A stretch of DNA of 64,000 nucleotides from an uncultured Gemmatimonadales bacterium (GTDB lineage Bacteria; Gemmatimonadota; Gemmatimonadetes; Longimicrobiales; RSA9). Positions 46,707-56,509 of this stretch are shown here, piece after piece (position 1 is the stretch's first letter; each line of letters starts with the position of its first letter). The stretch covers positions 352,001 through 416,000 of the forward strand of contig CAWAMW010000015.1 of assembly GCA_963783305.1 (NCBI GenBank), written 5' to 3'. The notes under the pieces were generated by a model. The model saw nothing but the letters and a program-made list of their open reading frames with translations. It had not been told where the DNA came from and searched no databases. Position numbers and translations under genes: made by a program.

Positions 46707-48296
46707 CTACTCGCGCTTGCGCAGCTCCAGCTCGTCGAACCAGAGATCCTCGTTCGGCACATTCAGCCTCAGCTCCTCCACCGCCCCCGCCGGTGTGAGG
46801 AGGAACTGTGCCACGCCCTTCCCGAACCACGGGAACGGCCGCCGCCATTCAATCACCCACGTATCCAGCTGGAGGTGCACCAGGTCCGCCACCAGGTCCG
46901 GATTCGGCAGCAGCCGGAGCACCAGCCCGCCGTCCTCCAGCGTCACCGTGGCGTCGCCGTACATGTCGCCACCGTAACGCCCCACGTACGACTCCAGGGG
47001 CAGCGACGGGCTCGTCCCTTCCAGCGTCCGCTCCACGACGCGCGCACGCCTCTCCGCCTCCCGAGCCGCCGATTCCTGCGCCCGCACGGCCAGCTCCGTA
47101 CTCCAGTCCCGCGGCTCGCCGCCCAGGTAGAGATCCACTACCCGGTTCGCGATGGCGGTGCTGATACCGGTCATGCTGTTCGTCAGCACCACCACCGCCA
47201 GCTCCTCCTCCGGCACCATCACCACGCGGCTGAACATCCCGTCATAGCCACCACCGTGGCTCACCAGCTTGCGACCCTTGTAGTCGTTCAGGCTCCAGCC
47301 CAGGCCATAGCCCCGGAAGTGCGTAGTAGGGTACAGCTCTTTCGATCCGGGGCTCACCGCCAGCGGCGTATGCACGGTCCACATTTCCCACGAGCGATCC
47401 GGTTGGAAGATCGTGTCCCCCGGCGCCGCCACCCCCCGATCCAGCTGCAGCTCCAGCCACTCCGCCATCTCCGACACGCTCGAGATGATTCCGCCCGCCG
47501 CGCCCATGGCGTCCCAGTTGTACCACGGGAACGCCACCAGCTCGCCCTCCCAGAGCCCGTGCGGCGTAGCCACGTTGTCACGCCGGGGCAGGCTGTCGGT
47601 GGAGGTCACGGTGCGGTCCATCCCGAGGGGGGCGAGGATCCGACGATGCACGAACTCGTCCCACGGCTCCCCGCTCACCGACCGGATCACCTCACCCGCG
47701 GCGATGAACATGAGGTTGGAGTACCCGTAGCTCGACCGGAACGGCCCCGCCTGCGGCACGAGCCGCGCTCGCCGCACCACGTCCTCCGCGCTGTACGGCG
47801 TGCCGTACCAGAGGAGGTCGCCGCTGAACGTGCCCAGGCCGCTCCGGTGCGACAGCAGGTCCCGGATCCGCATGTGCTCGGTCACGTACGGGTCGTAGAG
47901 CTCGAACCAGGGCAGATGCTCCCGCACTCGGTCATCCCAGTCCAGCTTGCCCTCGTCCACCAGGATCGCCAGCGCTGCCACCGTGAACGCCTTCGTGTTG
48001 CTCGCGATCGCAAACAGCGTGTTCTCGTCCACCGCACCGCCCGTCCGGATGTCCCGCACCCCGTACCCTCGGGCGAATACCGTCTCGTCCCCCTTCACGA
48101 TCGCCACCGCCAGCCCCGGTACCTCCCACTCGGCGCGGGCTTCGGCAATATACCGGTCCAGAGCCTCCAGGTCCGGGCGCTGACCCTGGAGGCCGCGCGG
48201 CGCCACCACGGCCGCCGCCGCGACAAGCAGCGAGAAGAGAAAGATCGGGGATTGGAGTCGGCTCCATCCCGCGGCGCGTATGGGTCGCTTCGACAT
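46707..48296 (-). CDS. Serine hydrolase (beta-lactamase/AmpC-like) with DUF3471-like C-terminus
   Basis: ASNTK (SxxK), LLSHRSG, YSN, HGGG. Confidence 0.9.
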   Translation of the reverse strand: MSKRPIRAAGWSRLQSPIFLFSLLVAAAAVVAPRGLQGQRPDLEALDRYIAEARAEWEVPGLAVAIVKGDETVFARGYGVRDIRTGGAVDENTLFAIASNTKAFTVAALAILVDEGKLDWDDRVREHLPWFELYDPYVTEHMRIRDLLSHRSGLGTFSGDLLWYGTPYSAEDVVRRARLVPQAGPFRSSYGYSNLMFIAAGEVIRSVSGEPWDEFVHRRILAPLGMDRTVTSTDSLPRRDNVATPHGLWEGELVAFPWYNWDAMGAAGGIISSVSEMAEWLELQLDRGVAAPGDTIFQPDRSWEMWTVHTPLAVSPGSKELYPTTHFRGYGLGWSLNDYKGRKLVSHGGGYDGMFSRVVMVPEEELAVVVLTNSMTGISTAIANRVVDLYLGGEPRDWSTELAVRAQESAAREAERRARVVERTLEGTSPSLPLESYVGRYGGDMYGDATVTLEDGGLVLRLLPNPDLVADLVHLQLDTWVIEWRRPFPWFGKGVAQFLLTPAGAVEELRLNVPNEDLWFDELELRKRE

Positions 48297-48491
48297 GGCG
48301 GGTCGTCGTGGTTCGGTATGGTCTTCGGAGCCGCTTCGTAGCGGCGGGAGAGGCGCCCCCAACATAGGCCCCGCGCCACGCGGAAGCCACGCGGGAACAC
48401 AAATGGCCGATATGAAAACCGGCCGCGCGCCCGACCGCTCGATCACCCGATCCAGCAGGCTCACGGGGGCTCCGCGGTTCGATGGTGGAAA

Positions 48492-48512
48492 ATGTATCCA
48501 TCCAGGATACAT
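48492..48512. promoter_or_regulatory. Operator-like palindrome between divergent genes
   Basis: ATGTATCC-N5-GGATACAT next to TTGACT. Confidence 0.5.
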
Positions 48513-48596
48513 AAAGGTTGACTCCAGCCCCCCGCCCGTATCACCTTGGAACCGCTTCGAAGCCCCGCCCGTCGAAGTGCCTACCTAAAGCCGATC

Positions 48597-49022
48597 ATGA
48601 CAGAACCGACGCCCCGGCGGGCGGTCCTCATCGTTGAGCATGATGCGGGGGTCCGCACGCTCCTGGCTCGGCTCGTTTCCAGGTGGGGGTGCGAACCGCT
48701 GCTGGCGGAAAGCGAGCCCGAGGGTCTCCACCTCCTGGAGGAGCACGGCGGAGTGGGCCTGGTGCTGAGCGATTTCCAGCCCGGACCCGACGGCGATACG
48801 ATCTATGCCCACCTCCGCCGCCTCACGTCCTCGCCGGTCCCGCCCGTGCTGTGCACCCGGCCCGCGCCACGATCCGTTCCGGAAGATGTCGAGCTGGTCC
48901 CCCGCCCCTTCGACGTGACCCTGCTTCGGAGCATCATCGACCAGTACGTGCATGGCGTCAGCGGCGACTCCGGTGACTCCGGTGACTCCGATGACTCCGG
49001 CGGCGCCCGGCCTACCGGCTGA
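48597..49022 (+). CDS. Stand-alone atypical receiver-domain protein
   Basis: VLIVEHD, LVLSD, VLCT, RPF in place of KPF. Confidence 0.75.
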   Translation: MTEPTPRRAVLIVEHDAGVRTLLARLVSRWGCEPLLAESEPEGLHLLEEHGGVGLVLSDFQPGPDGDTIYAHLRRLTSSPVPPVLCTRPAPRSVPEDVELVPRPFDVTLLRSIIDQYVHGVSGDSGDSGDSDDSGGARPTG

Positions 49023-50547
49023 CCTCCTCGCGCCCGACCGCCACCGCCTCGATGATGGCGGGCGCGATGTCCGCCATGGCAAGGGTGGCATCGCTGTTCT
49101 CCGCGGCACCGTGCTCCATGGCCCGCTCGAGTGACCGGGCGAGGTCCGGGCGGGGTGACCCGGTGACGCGCTCGAGGAAGTCCGCGGGGTTGGGTTCGAA
49201 CCGCCGCAGGTCCCGGAGCGCCTGGGTGAAGAGGACGTTGTGAGGGCCTTCCCAGGTCTCCATGATGACGCTGTCGCGATAGAGCCGTGGAAGGGGCGAG
49301 AACCGCTCCTCGATGCCGTTCCCGGCCAGGACCATCATGGCCTCGTGGATCTGCGTGGTGGCCGTTCGGGTGAGGACGGGCTTGGCGAGGCTGAGGAGGA
49401 TGCGGAAGTCGATGGCCTCACGCTCGCGGTATCCGGACGCCTCCGCGGCCTCCCAGAGACGGAGCAGCTCAAACGACACGACGAGGGCGTGGCGTCGGTT
49501 TTCGCGGAGGGTCTCCAGGGCCCGGCGAACCAGCGGGTATCGCGCGATCGGGCGGCCGAACGCCTCCCGGAACTCTGCGTACTCCGTCGCGAGCCGCTCG
49601 GCCCGACGCATGGCGCCAGCGGCGAAGACAGCGCACGCGAAGCGGGAGGGAGTGAGCACATACCGGAGCAGGTGAGGCAGCCCCCGATCCGGCGCGCCCA
49701 CCGGCCACGCGCGGGCGCCGTCGAACGTGACCTCTGCCGTGGCCAGCTCCCTCGTCCCGAGCTTGTCCTTGAGCCGGTCGACCGTGTAGCCGTTCCGGTG
49801 GCCGCCCGTGAAGGCCGGGACCAGGAAGAGCCCCACGGGCCCCACCTCCTTTTCCGGCACACCGGGGCGGGCGGTGACCAGGAACCAGTCGGCGTTGATA
49901 TTGGAGCAGAACCACTTCTGTCCGTGGATCCGGTAGGCGCCGTCGCTTTCCTCGTCGGGGATGGCCATCACCCTGTTGGCGGGGACATCGGAGCCGCCCT
50001 GGATCTCCGTCACGAACTGGGCGGCGTGGGCGTAGGCGTCGTGGGTGGAATCCCGGACCGCCCGTAGCGCGTACTCGCGGATACCGGCGGCGCCAGGACT
50101 GTCGGCCGCGGCGTCGAGTGCCCGCACCAGGCCATCGGTGCACGCCAGAGAGCACGCCACGCCCGCCTCCCCGTTCTGCGCCAGCAGGTAGATCATGGCG
50201 TAGTGCGTGAAAGGGTCGCCGCGAACGGCGCCCAGGCCCTCGTCCCCGTGAACGATGCGGAGCGCCTCGTGGGTGGACGCCGGGAGCACGATGTCGTCCC
50301 TCCTCCGGTCGTATGGGTCCTGCTGCCGGATCCAGGGTGCATGCTCGGGGAGGGCCGAATCTTCGGCCAGCTCTCGCAGAGGCCCGGCTACGCGGCCGCC
50401 GAATCGGCTCACCCGACCGGGGTCGGTCTCCGGCGCAAAGCGATCGAGGAGCTCGTGGAGGAACGGGTCGTCGTCGTACCAGTCGGAAGATCGGGCATCG
50501 AGCCATGGCCCGAAGCCATAGTCGTTGCGGTGGGTGGCGTCAGTCAT
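49012..50547 (-). CDS. Acyl-CoA dehydrogenase family protein (AidB-like)
   Basis: TEIQGGSDV, GQKWFCSN, RLKDKLGT, R.AFGRPI, TWEG. Confidence 0.9.
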   Translation of the reverse strand: MTDATHRNDYGFGPWLDARSSDWYDDDPFLHELLDRFAPETDPGRVSRFGGRVAGPLRELAEDSALPEHAPWIRQQDPYDRRRDDIVLPASTHEALRIVHGDEGLGAVRGDPFTHYAMIYLLAQNGEAGVACSLACTDGLVRALDAAADSPGAAGIREYALRAVRDSTHDAYAHAAQFVTEIQGGSDVPANRVMAIPDEESDGAYRIHGQKWFCSNINADWFLVTARPGVPEKEVGPVGLFLVPAFTGGHRNGYTVDRLKDKLGTRELATAEVTFDGARAWPVGAPDRGLPHLLRYVLTPSRFACAVFAAGAMRRAERLATEYAEFREAFGRPIARYPLVRRALETLRENRRHALVVSFELLRLWEAAEASGYREREAIDFRILLSLAKPVLTRTATTQIHEAMMVLAGNGIEERFSPLPRLYRDSVIMETWEGPHNVLFTQALRDLRRFEPNPADFLERVTGSPRPDLARSLERAMEHGAAENSDATLAMADIAPAIIEAVAVGREEVSR

Positions 50548-50694
50548 GAGTGGCCTGGGTTGGCAGGGTGACAGTGAGGAAAGATGTCCCGACAGCAGGA
50601 GTGGGGGCAAGCGACCCTGCCCCGTGTGGAACAAACGGGGGAGGCGCCGCGATACCATGAGAGAAACGCAGTCCCCTCAACCAGGAATGAAGCG

Positions 50695-51312
50695 ATGCCG
50701 CGCCCTCTACCGATCCTCCTTCTGACCGTCTTCGCCCTCGCTGCCGCCGACTCCGCCGCCGCGCAGGCCTGCATCGGTCTCCCCTCCAGGGATGGCCAGA
50801 TCGCCGCGACCGCCGCCTTAACGCTCGCCGAAGACTACAACGCCCTCGGCGGCGAATTCACCGTGGACGCCACGGGACCCATGTCCTTCGGGTTCGGCTA
50901 TTCCCGCGACACCGGGATGGACGAGCTCGTGGGCGGTGGTGAGCGACACGTCACCACCTTCGATGCTCGCGCCGCCTACGAGCTGTTCCTCGTCGACCCA
51001 TCGATCTGCGCCGTGGCCGGCCTGTGGTACCAGGATGCCGCCGTGGAACAGTTCGGCGTTCCGGTCGGCTTCGGCTTCGGCAAGACGCTCCCGGGCCGCG
51101 CCCTCAGCACCACCCTGTACGCGATACCCCAGTACGTCTGGCTGCGGGAGACCCCCGGCGGTGACCTCGACGACCGCACCTCCAACGAATTCATGGCCCG
51201 GGCCGGCGTGACCTTCGGCCTCCAACAGCTGCTCTTCGGCGGCGACGTCACCGTCACCACGTTCGGCGCCGACAATCCCCGCTTCGCTCTGAGGGCCGGC
51301 TTCATCTTCTGA
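50695..51312 (+). CDS. Putative outer-membrane beta-barrel protein
   Basis: Signal peptide, alternating beta-strand pattern, terminal Phe. Confidence 0.7.
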   Translation: MPRPLPILLLTVFALAAADSAAAQACIGLPSRDGQIAATAALTLAEDYNALGGEFTVDATGPMSFGFGYSRDTGMDELVGGGERHVTTFDARAAYELFLVDPSICAVAGLWYQDAAVEQFGVPVGFGFGKTLPGRALSTTLYAIPQYVWLRETPGGDLDDRTSNEFMARAGVTFGLQQLLFGGDVTVTTFGADNPRFALRAGFIF

Positions 51313-51331
51313 TGCCAACAGCTCGATGAGA

Positions 51332-51361
51332 ACGGGGGGCGGGACCTCCCCCGCCCCCCGT
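51332..51361. terminator. Hairpin between convergent genes
   Basis: ACGGGGGGCGGG...CCCGCCCCCCGT. Confidence 0.6.
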
Positions 51362-51401
51362 CCGATGCCGCAGCTCGCTGCCGAAGCTCGATGCTCGCCG
51401 A

Positions 51402-52754
51402 CTACTCCGTCGCCCCCGCCGCCGTACCGGCCATGGGCGCGCCAAGCTCCACCTCCAGCACCTCCCGGAGCGTGACCATGGTGGCGCGCACGTCCGACTC
51501 GGAGAACGTGAGCGGCGGGCGGAACCGGATGGAGCGCTCGCCCGAAGGCAGGATCGCCAGCCCGCGATTCCAGCAGCCCAGTCGCACCTGATTGCGGGCG
51601 TCGGTGTCCGGCAGGTCCACCGCCAGGAAGAGCCCCTTCCCCCGGACGTTCGTCACCCCCGGGAATTCCTTCGCCAGCCCCCTCAGCTCGGCCAGAAAGA
51701 CCTCGCCGACGCGCGCGGCCTGGCCAACAACGTCATCCTCCTCCAGGATCTGGAGGTACCGGGCCGCGCGGACCATGTCCACCAGATTGCCGCCCCACGT
51801 CGAGTTGATCCGCGACGACACCCGGAACACGTTCTTCTCCACCTCGTCGATCCGGCGCGTGCTCATGATCCCGCACACCTGCGTCTTCTTGCCGAACGCA
51901 ATGATGTCCGGCGTCACTCCCGTGTGCTCGTACGCCCACAGCTTACCCGTCGTGCCGAGACCGGTCTGGACCTCGTCGAAGATGAGCAGCGCCTCCCTGC
52001 GGTCCGCGATCTCCCGCAGCGCCCGGAAGAACTCCGGACGGAAGTGGCGGTCGCCCCCCTCACCCTGGATCGGCTCGATGAGGATCGCGGCGATCCCGTT
52101 CGGGTCCGACTCGAACGCGGCCTCGATCTGATCCAGCGTCTTCCGCTCCTTCGACGCCATGCCGCCCTCGTCCAGGTCCTCCTCGATGAACGGCGCGGCC
52201 ACCCGCGGCCAGCTGAACTGCGGGAAATGCAGCGTCTTCATCGGGTCCGTGTTGGTCACGCTCAGCGTGTACCCGCTCCGGCCATGGAACGCGCCCTCGA
52301 AGTGCAGGATCTTGTCACCGCCACCCTCGACGCCCGCCGCCTGGTTCTTCCTCACCTTCCAGTCGAACGCCGCCTTCATGGCGTTCTCCACCGCCAGTGA
52401 GCCGCCCGCCACGAAGAAGAGGTATCGGAACGGCTCGGGCACCGCCACCCGGCGGAAGACCTCCACGAACGCCGCGTACTGCCGACTGTAGATGTCGCTG
52501 TTGGCCGGGTTCGACAGCGCCGCCGTCATGAGCGACTTACGGAAGCCCTCGTCCTCCATCTTCGGGTGGTTGTGGCCCAGCGGGAGGGTGGCAAAATAGC
52601 CGTAGCAGTCCAGATATTCCTTCCCCTCCAGCGCTCCCACGATGGTGGACCCATGGGACTTCTCCAGGTCGATCACCAGGTGGAACCCGTCCACCAGCAC
52701 GTTCTCCTTCAGGATATCGAATACCCTGTCCGCGGCTACCTTGATCTCCGGCAT
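51402..52754 (-). CDS. lat: L-lysine 6-aminotransferase (class III)
   Basis: NPANSD.Y, AFHGRSGY, EPIQGEGGD, DEVQTG, FGKKTQVCG, SSRINSTWGG. Confidence 0.93.
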   Translation of the reverse strand: MPEIKVAADRVFDILKENVLVDGFHLVIDLEKSHGSTIVGALEGKEYLDCYGYFATLPLGHNHPKMEDEGFRKSLMTAALSNPANSDIYSRQYAAFVEVFRRVAVPEPFRYLFFVAGGSLAVENAMKAAFDWKVRKNQAAGVEGGGDKILHFEGAFHGRSGYTLSVTNTDPMKTLHFPQFSWPRVAAPFIEEDLDEGGMASKERKTLDQIEAAFESDPNGIAAILIEPIQGEGGDRHFRPEFFRALREIADRREALLIFDEVQTGLGTTGKLWAYEHTGVTPDIIAFGKKTQVCGIMSTRRIDEVEKNVFRVSSRINSTWGGNLVDMVRAARYLQILEEDDVVGQAARVGEVFLAELRGLAKEFPGVTNVRGKGLFLAVDLPDTDARNQVRLGCWNRGLAILPSGERSIRFRPPLTFSESDVRATMVTLREVLEVELGAPMAGTAAGATE

Positions 52755-53280
52755 TTTTGCCTCTCTGTCCGACGTCTGTGAGTGGGACCCCCGCGCGGTC
52801 TGCGGAGTTCTCCGTGATTGTTCGATGCCGGCCCCGCCGGCGCGCCCAGGCGACCGTCGGATCCTGCTCCGGCGATATGGAGATGTCAGACGTTCGGAGG
52901 CGCGTAGATCCCCGGCCGCGAGTCCCGGGGAGGGATTCGCGTCGCGCGCTGGCAGACAGTGGCGTACAGGCCGTCCATCACGGCGTGCTCCAGTCGAGGT
53001 TCCGCGGGCCCTCGGCAACCCCCGGATTCCCTGAATCTAGCGCCGCTCCAAAGCCGGACGCAAAGGAGTCAGGACCGATCAGCGATCGCCAGGCGCTGCG
53101 CCACTGTGGAATTGCCCACGCTATTCGGGAAACAATCGCCAACCCTCCGCAGAGCCGGCCGCCATCGGGGTATTCACCCCGCCATGCGGGGACAATCGGG
53201 AATCGGAGATCTCATAGACCACCCCTGGGGGCTTGCCACCGGCGCCTTCATTCACCACCCGCAACCGCAGCCCGCAACGC

Positions 53281-53455
53281 GCCCCCTGCCCCCTGACCCC
53301 TGCCCCCTGCCTCCTGCCTCCCGCCTCCTGCCTCCTGCCTCCTGCCTCTTGCCTCCTGCCTCCTGCCTCCTGCCTCCTGCCTCCTGCCTCCTGCCTCCTG
53401 CCTCCTGCCTCCTGCCTCCTGCCTCCTGCCTCCTGCCTCCTGCCTCCTGCCCCCT
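53281..53455. repeat. Heptamer tandem repeat (GCCTCCT)n, about 25 units
   Basis: Directly visible; ends drift to GCCCCCT. Confidence 0.97.
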
Positions 53456-53478
53456 CGCTCCTCGGCAACTCCCGCATC

Positions 53479-54375
53479 TCACGGCTCCCGGGTTACCGCC
53501 AGCCGCCCCGTCCACCAGCCGTCTTCCTGCACCTCTTCGACGACGACGAGCCCCGCCCGCCGCGCCGCTTCCACCAGCCCGGTCCTCTCCGACGGCAGAA
53601 TCCCCGAGAGCACGAGCCACCCGTCCGGCGCCAGCGCCGCCGCGAGATCGCCCATCAGCGGGCGCAGCACGTCGGCACCGATGTTCGCCACGATCCCGTC
53701 ATAGCCAGGCTCACGCTCGCGACCCTCGCCACCGGCGGCCCCGCCGGCCGCGACACGGATCCGGCCGGGCACCGCCTCCATCCGCACCGTCCGGATCCGA
53801 TCGTCGACGCCGTTCAATCGCGCGTTTCGGCGCGCGGCCGCAACCGCCAGCGGGTCCGACTCGAGCGCCACCGCCGCACCCGCCCCGAGCGCCAGCGCGG
53901 CGATCGCCAGGATCCCCGATCCGGCCCCGACGTCCAGGACATGGTCCCCCTCCTCCACCATCGCCTCGAGCAACCGCAGGCACGCGCGCGTGGTGGCGTG
54001 CTCCGCCGTACCGAAGGCGGTGGAGGGCTCCAGCCGGATCTCGGACTTCCCCACCCGGACCACCGCACTCTCGACACCCCGGCGCGCCAGCCACTCCTCC
54101 GGCTGCAGCCAGCGCCAGCGCACGATCGGCGCACGCAGGCTGGTGCTGGCCCGGATCGCCAGCTCCGCCTCCGCGGCCAAGAGCACAGGGTCGTCGTGCG
54201 GCGCGAACAGCGCCCCCACCCCGTCCGACTCTCGCTCCACCGCGTGGGCACCCAGGCGCCGGAGCGCGTCCACCATCAGGATGGCCTCACCGGAAGGTGG
54301 CTCCGGCGCCGTGAGCAGCAGCATGCGCGCGGCGGAGTCCAGGGGCGCGTTCGGCGAGGATCCCTGCGGGTCCAT
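53479..54375 (-). CDS. prmA: Ribosomal protein L11 methyltransferase-like protein
   Basis: AFGT..H.TT..CL, VLDVGAGSGILAI, ANI, LSGIL. Confidence 0.85.
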   Translation of the reverse strand: MDPQGSSPNAPLDSAARMLLLTAPEPPSGEAILMVDALRRLGAHAVERESDGVGALFAPHDDPVLLAAEAELAIRASTSLRAPIVRWRWLQPEEWLARRGVESAVVRVGKSEIRLEPSTAFGTAEHATTRACLRLLEAMVEEGDHVLDVGAGSGILAIAALALGAGAAVALESDPLAVAAARRNARLNGVDDRIRTVRMEAVPGRIRVAAGGAAGGEGREREPGYDGIVANIGADVLRPLMGDLAAALAPDGWLVLSGILPSERTGLVEAARRAGLVVVEEVQEDGWWTGRLAVTREP

Positions 54376-54467
54376 CAAGCTGCCGGGGAACGACGGACGT
54401 GGCGGGACACCCGGGTCGTGCTATCTTCGGAGCGCCCCCGTGACCCCCACTCCGTTGCGAGCCCCCG

Positions 54468-55955
54468 ATGACCGACGGTCCGGCGACCGAACCGCTGCAG
54501 GAGACCGCATCCCCTACCGCCGCGGGAGCTGAGCCGCTCCTGCCACCGGACTCCGCTCCCGCAGCCGGGCGTGCCCGGCGTTTCGACCGGTCCATCGTGG
54601 ACGGCCCCATGAAATCCACGGTGTGGAAGCTCGCCTGGCCGACCATGCTTCAGAACGTCATCGGTGGGCTGCAGGGGATCGTCGACCACGCCATGGTGGG
54701 TCATTACGTGGGCTACACCGCCAATGCGGCGATCGGTGTGAGCTGGCAGATCTTCCTCGTCGTGGTAGTGTTCATCTCGTCCATCTTCACCGGGATGGGC
54801 GTGCTGGTGGCCCGCTTCGCTGGCGCCGATGAGGGCGACAAGGTGGACCGCACCGTCTACCAGGCGTTCCTCACCGCCATCGGGCTGTCCCTCCTCGTCC
54901 TGGCCCCTCTCGGGTACTTCCTGGCACCGACGCTCCTGGACCTCGTCAACGCCGAGCCCGCCGTGCAGGCGGAGGCGCTGCCGTACCTCCGGATCATGTT
55001 CGTGTTCAGCTCCGGCCTCCTCATGTTCTTCATGCTCGGCGGCGCGCTCCGCTCGGCCGGGGACGCCCACACGCCGCTCCGCCTGGGCGTCCTGGTGACC
55101 GTCCTCAACCTGGTCCTGAACGTCGTGCTGATCGGCGGCATGGGTCCGATCCCCGCCTTCGGCACGGCGGGCGCGGCCATGGGCACGGTCATCGCCACGG
55201 GCGGCGTGGCTGCCTACGCGCTCTGGCGGCTCTGGCACGGTGGCTGGGTCGTATCGTTTCCACGGGGCGCGCACCTCAAGCCCAACCTGACCATCATCCG
55301 CTCGCTGTTCCGATTCGGACTCCCCACCGGCGTGCAGGGGGTCGCCATGAACGTGGGGGGTGTGCTGCTCCTGGCGTTCATCGGCTCGCTCCCGCGGAGC
55401 GCGGAAGCCCAGGCCGCCTATACCGTCTCCTACACCCAGCTCTTTTCTCTCATCACCTGGACCACCGTCGGCCTCATGGGCGCCGCCGCCGCCGTGGCCG
55501 GGCAGAACCTCGGGGCGGGGAACGCGGACCGCGCGTCCGACGCCGTCCATACCGCCGCCGGGTTCGGGCTCCTGTGCGCCGCCGCAATCGGGCTCCTCTT
55601 CCTGCTCATCCCCCGCCCCCTGCTCGGAGTGTTCGGCATGGACGAGCCCGCCGTTGTCGACCTGGGCGTCCAGCTCCTCCGCTTCCTCGCCCTGTCCGGC
55701 ATCTTCATCGCCATCGCCCTCACCTACACCGGTGGACTCCAGGGCACCGGCGATACCAAGAGCCCCCTCTACATCTCCATCATCTCCCAGATCATCGTGC
55801 CGCTGGGACTGTGTTTCGCCATCCAGCAGGTGGGCACGCTGCGGGCCACCCACATCTGGTTCGCCATCGTGCTCGGCCATTTCACCCGCGCCCTGCTCAG
55901 CGTGATCCGCTTCCGGCAGGGCCGCTGGCGCGGGATCGTGGTGGACATCTCGTAG
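54468..55955 (+). CDS. MATE family efflux transporter
   Basis: About 12 TM; LAWP, VD.AMVG, LRSAGD..TPL, GQNLGAG. Confidence 0.93.
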   Translation: MTDGPATEPLQETASPTAAGAEPLLPPDSAPAAGRARRFDRSIVDGPMKSTVWKLAWPTMLQNVIGGLQGIVDHAMVGHYVGYTANAAIGVSWQIFLVVVVFISSIFTGMGVLVARFAGADEGDKVDRTVYQAFLTAIGLSLLVLAPLGYFLAPTLLDLVNAEPAVQAEALPYLRIMFVFSSGLLMFFMLGGALRSAGDAHTPLRLGVLVTVLNLVLNVVLIGGMGPIPAFGTAGAAMGTVIATGGVAAYALWRLWHGGWVVSFPRGAHLKPNLTIIRSLFRFGLPTGVQGVAMNVGGVLLLAFIGSLPRSAEAQAAYTVSYTQLFSLITWTTVGLMGAAAAVAGQNLGAGNADRASDAVHTAAGFGLLCAAAIGLLFLLIPRPLLGVFGMDEPAVVDLGVQLLRFLALSGIFIAIALTYTGGLQGTGDTKSPLYISIISQIIVPLGLCFAIQQVGTLRATHIWFAIVLGHFTRALLSVIRFRQGRWRGIVVDIS

Positions 55956-55963
55956 CCAGCCGA

Positions 55964-56422
55964 CTACGCCATCGCCACCACGTGCTCGAACTCCTCCTCC
56001 TCCACCGGCTGCACCGACAGCCGGCTCCGACCCGTCACCACCATATCGTCCAGCGCCGGGTCCGCCTTCAGCTCCGCCAGCGGCACGACGCGTGGCAGCT
56101 TCCGCACGAACCGGATGTCCACCATGAACCAGCGGGGATCGTCGGCGGACGCCTTTTCATCGTAATAATCCGAATCCGGGTCCTGCGCCGTCGGGTCCGC
56201 ATAGCCCTCGCGTGACACCTCCGCGATCCCGGCCACGCCCGGCGGGCTCGCGTTGCTGTGGTAGAAGAGGACGCGGTCGCCCTCACGCATTTCATCACGC
56301 ATGAAGTTCCGCGCCTGGTAGTTCCTGATCCCGTCCCATGAAGTCTCCCCGTCCGACTCCAGGTCGTCGATCGAGTAGGTGCCCGGCTCCGACTTCATCA
56401 ACCAGTACTTCCGCTTCGCCAT
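55964..56422 (-). CDS. EVE domain protein
   Basis: YWLMKSEP, WDGIRNYQARN, FYHS, RLSVQPV. Confidence 0.93.
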   Translation of the reverse strand: MAKRKYWLMKSEPGTYSIDDLESDGETSWDGIRNYQARNFMRDEMREGDRVLFYHSNASPPGVAGIAEVSREGYADPTAQDPDSDYYDEKASADDPRWFMVDIRFVRKLPRVVPLAELKADPALDDMVVTGRSRLSVQPVEEEEFEHVVAMA

Positions 56423-56509
56423 GGATCGCCTCCGTCTTGCGGTGAAACGCGGAACGTGCGTAGGTCAACGTGTACGGACAACCCGACTCCCTGACTCCGG
56501 CGCGATGCG

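Noticed and set aside
52755..53280. Lysine riboswitch upstream of lat
   Set aside because: The leader is long, but I could not identify the conserved L-box elements; an Rfam scan would be needed
52959..54471. ORFs with LLPPASC or RRQEAGG repeats
   Set aside because: Translations of the heptamer microsatellite, partly antisense to prmA
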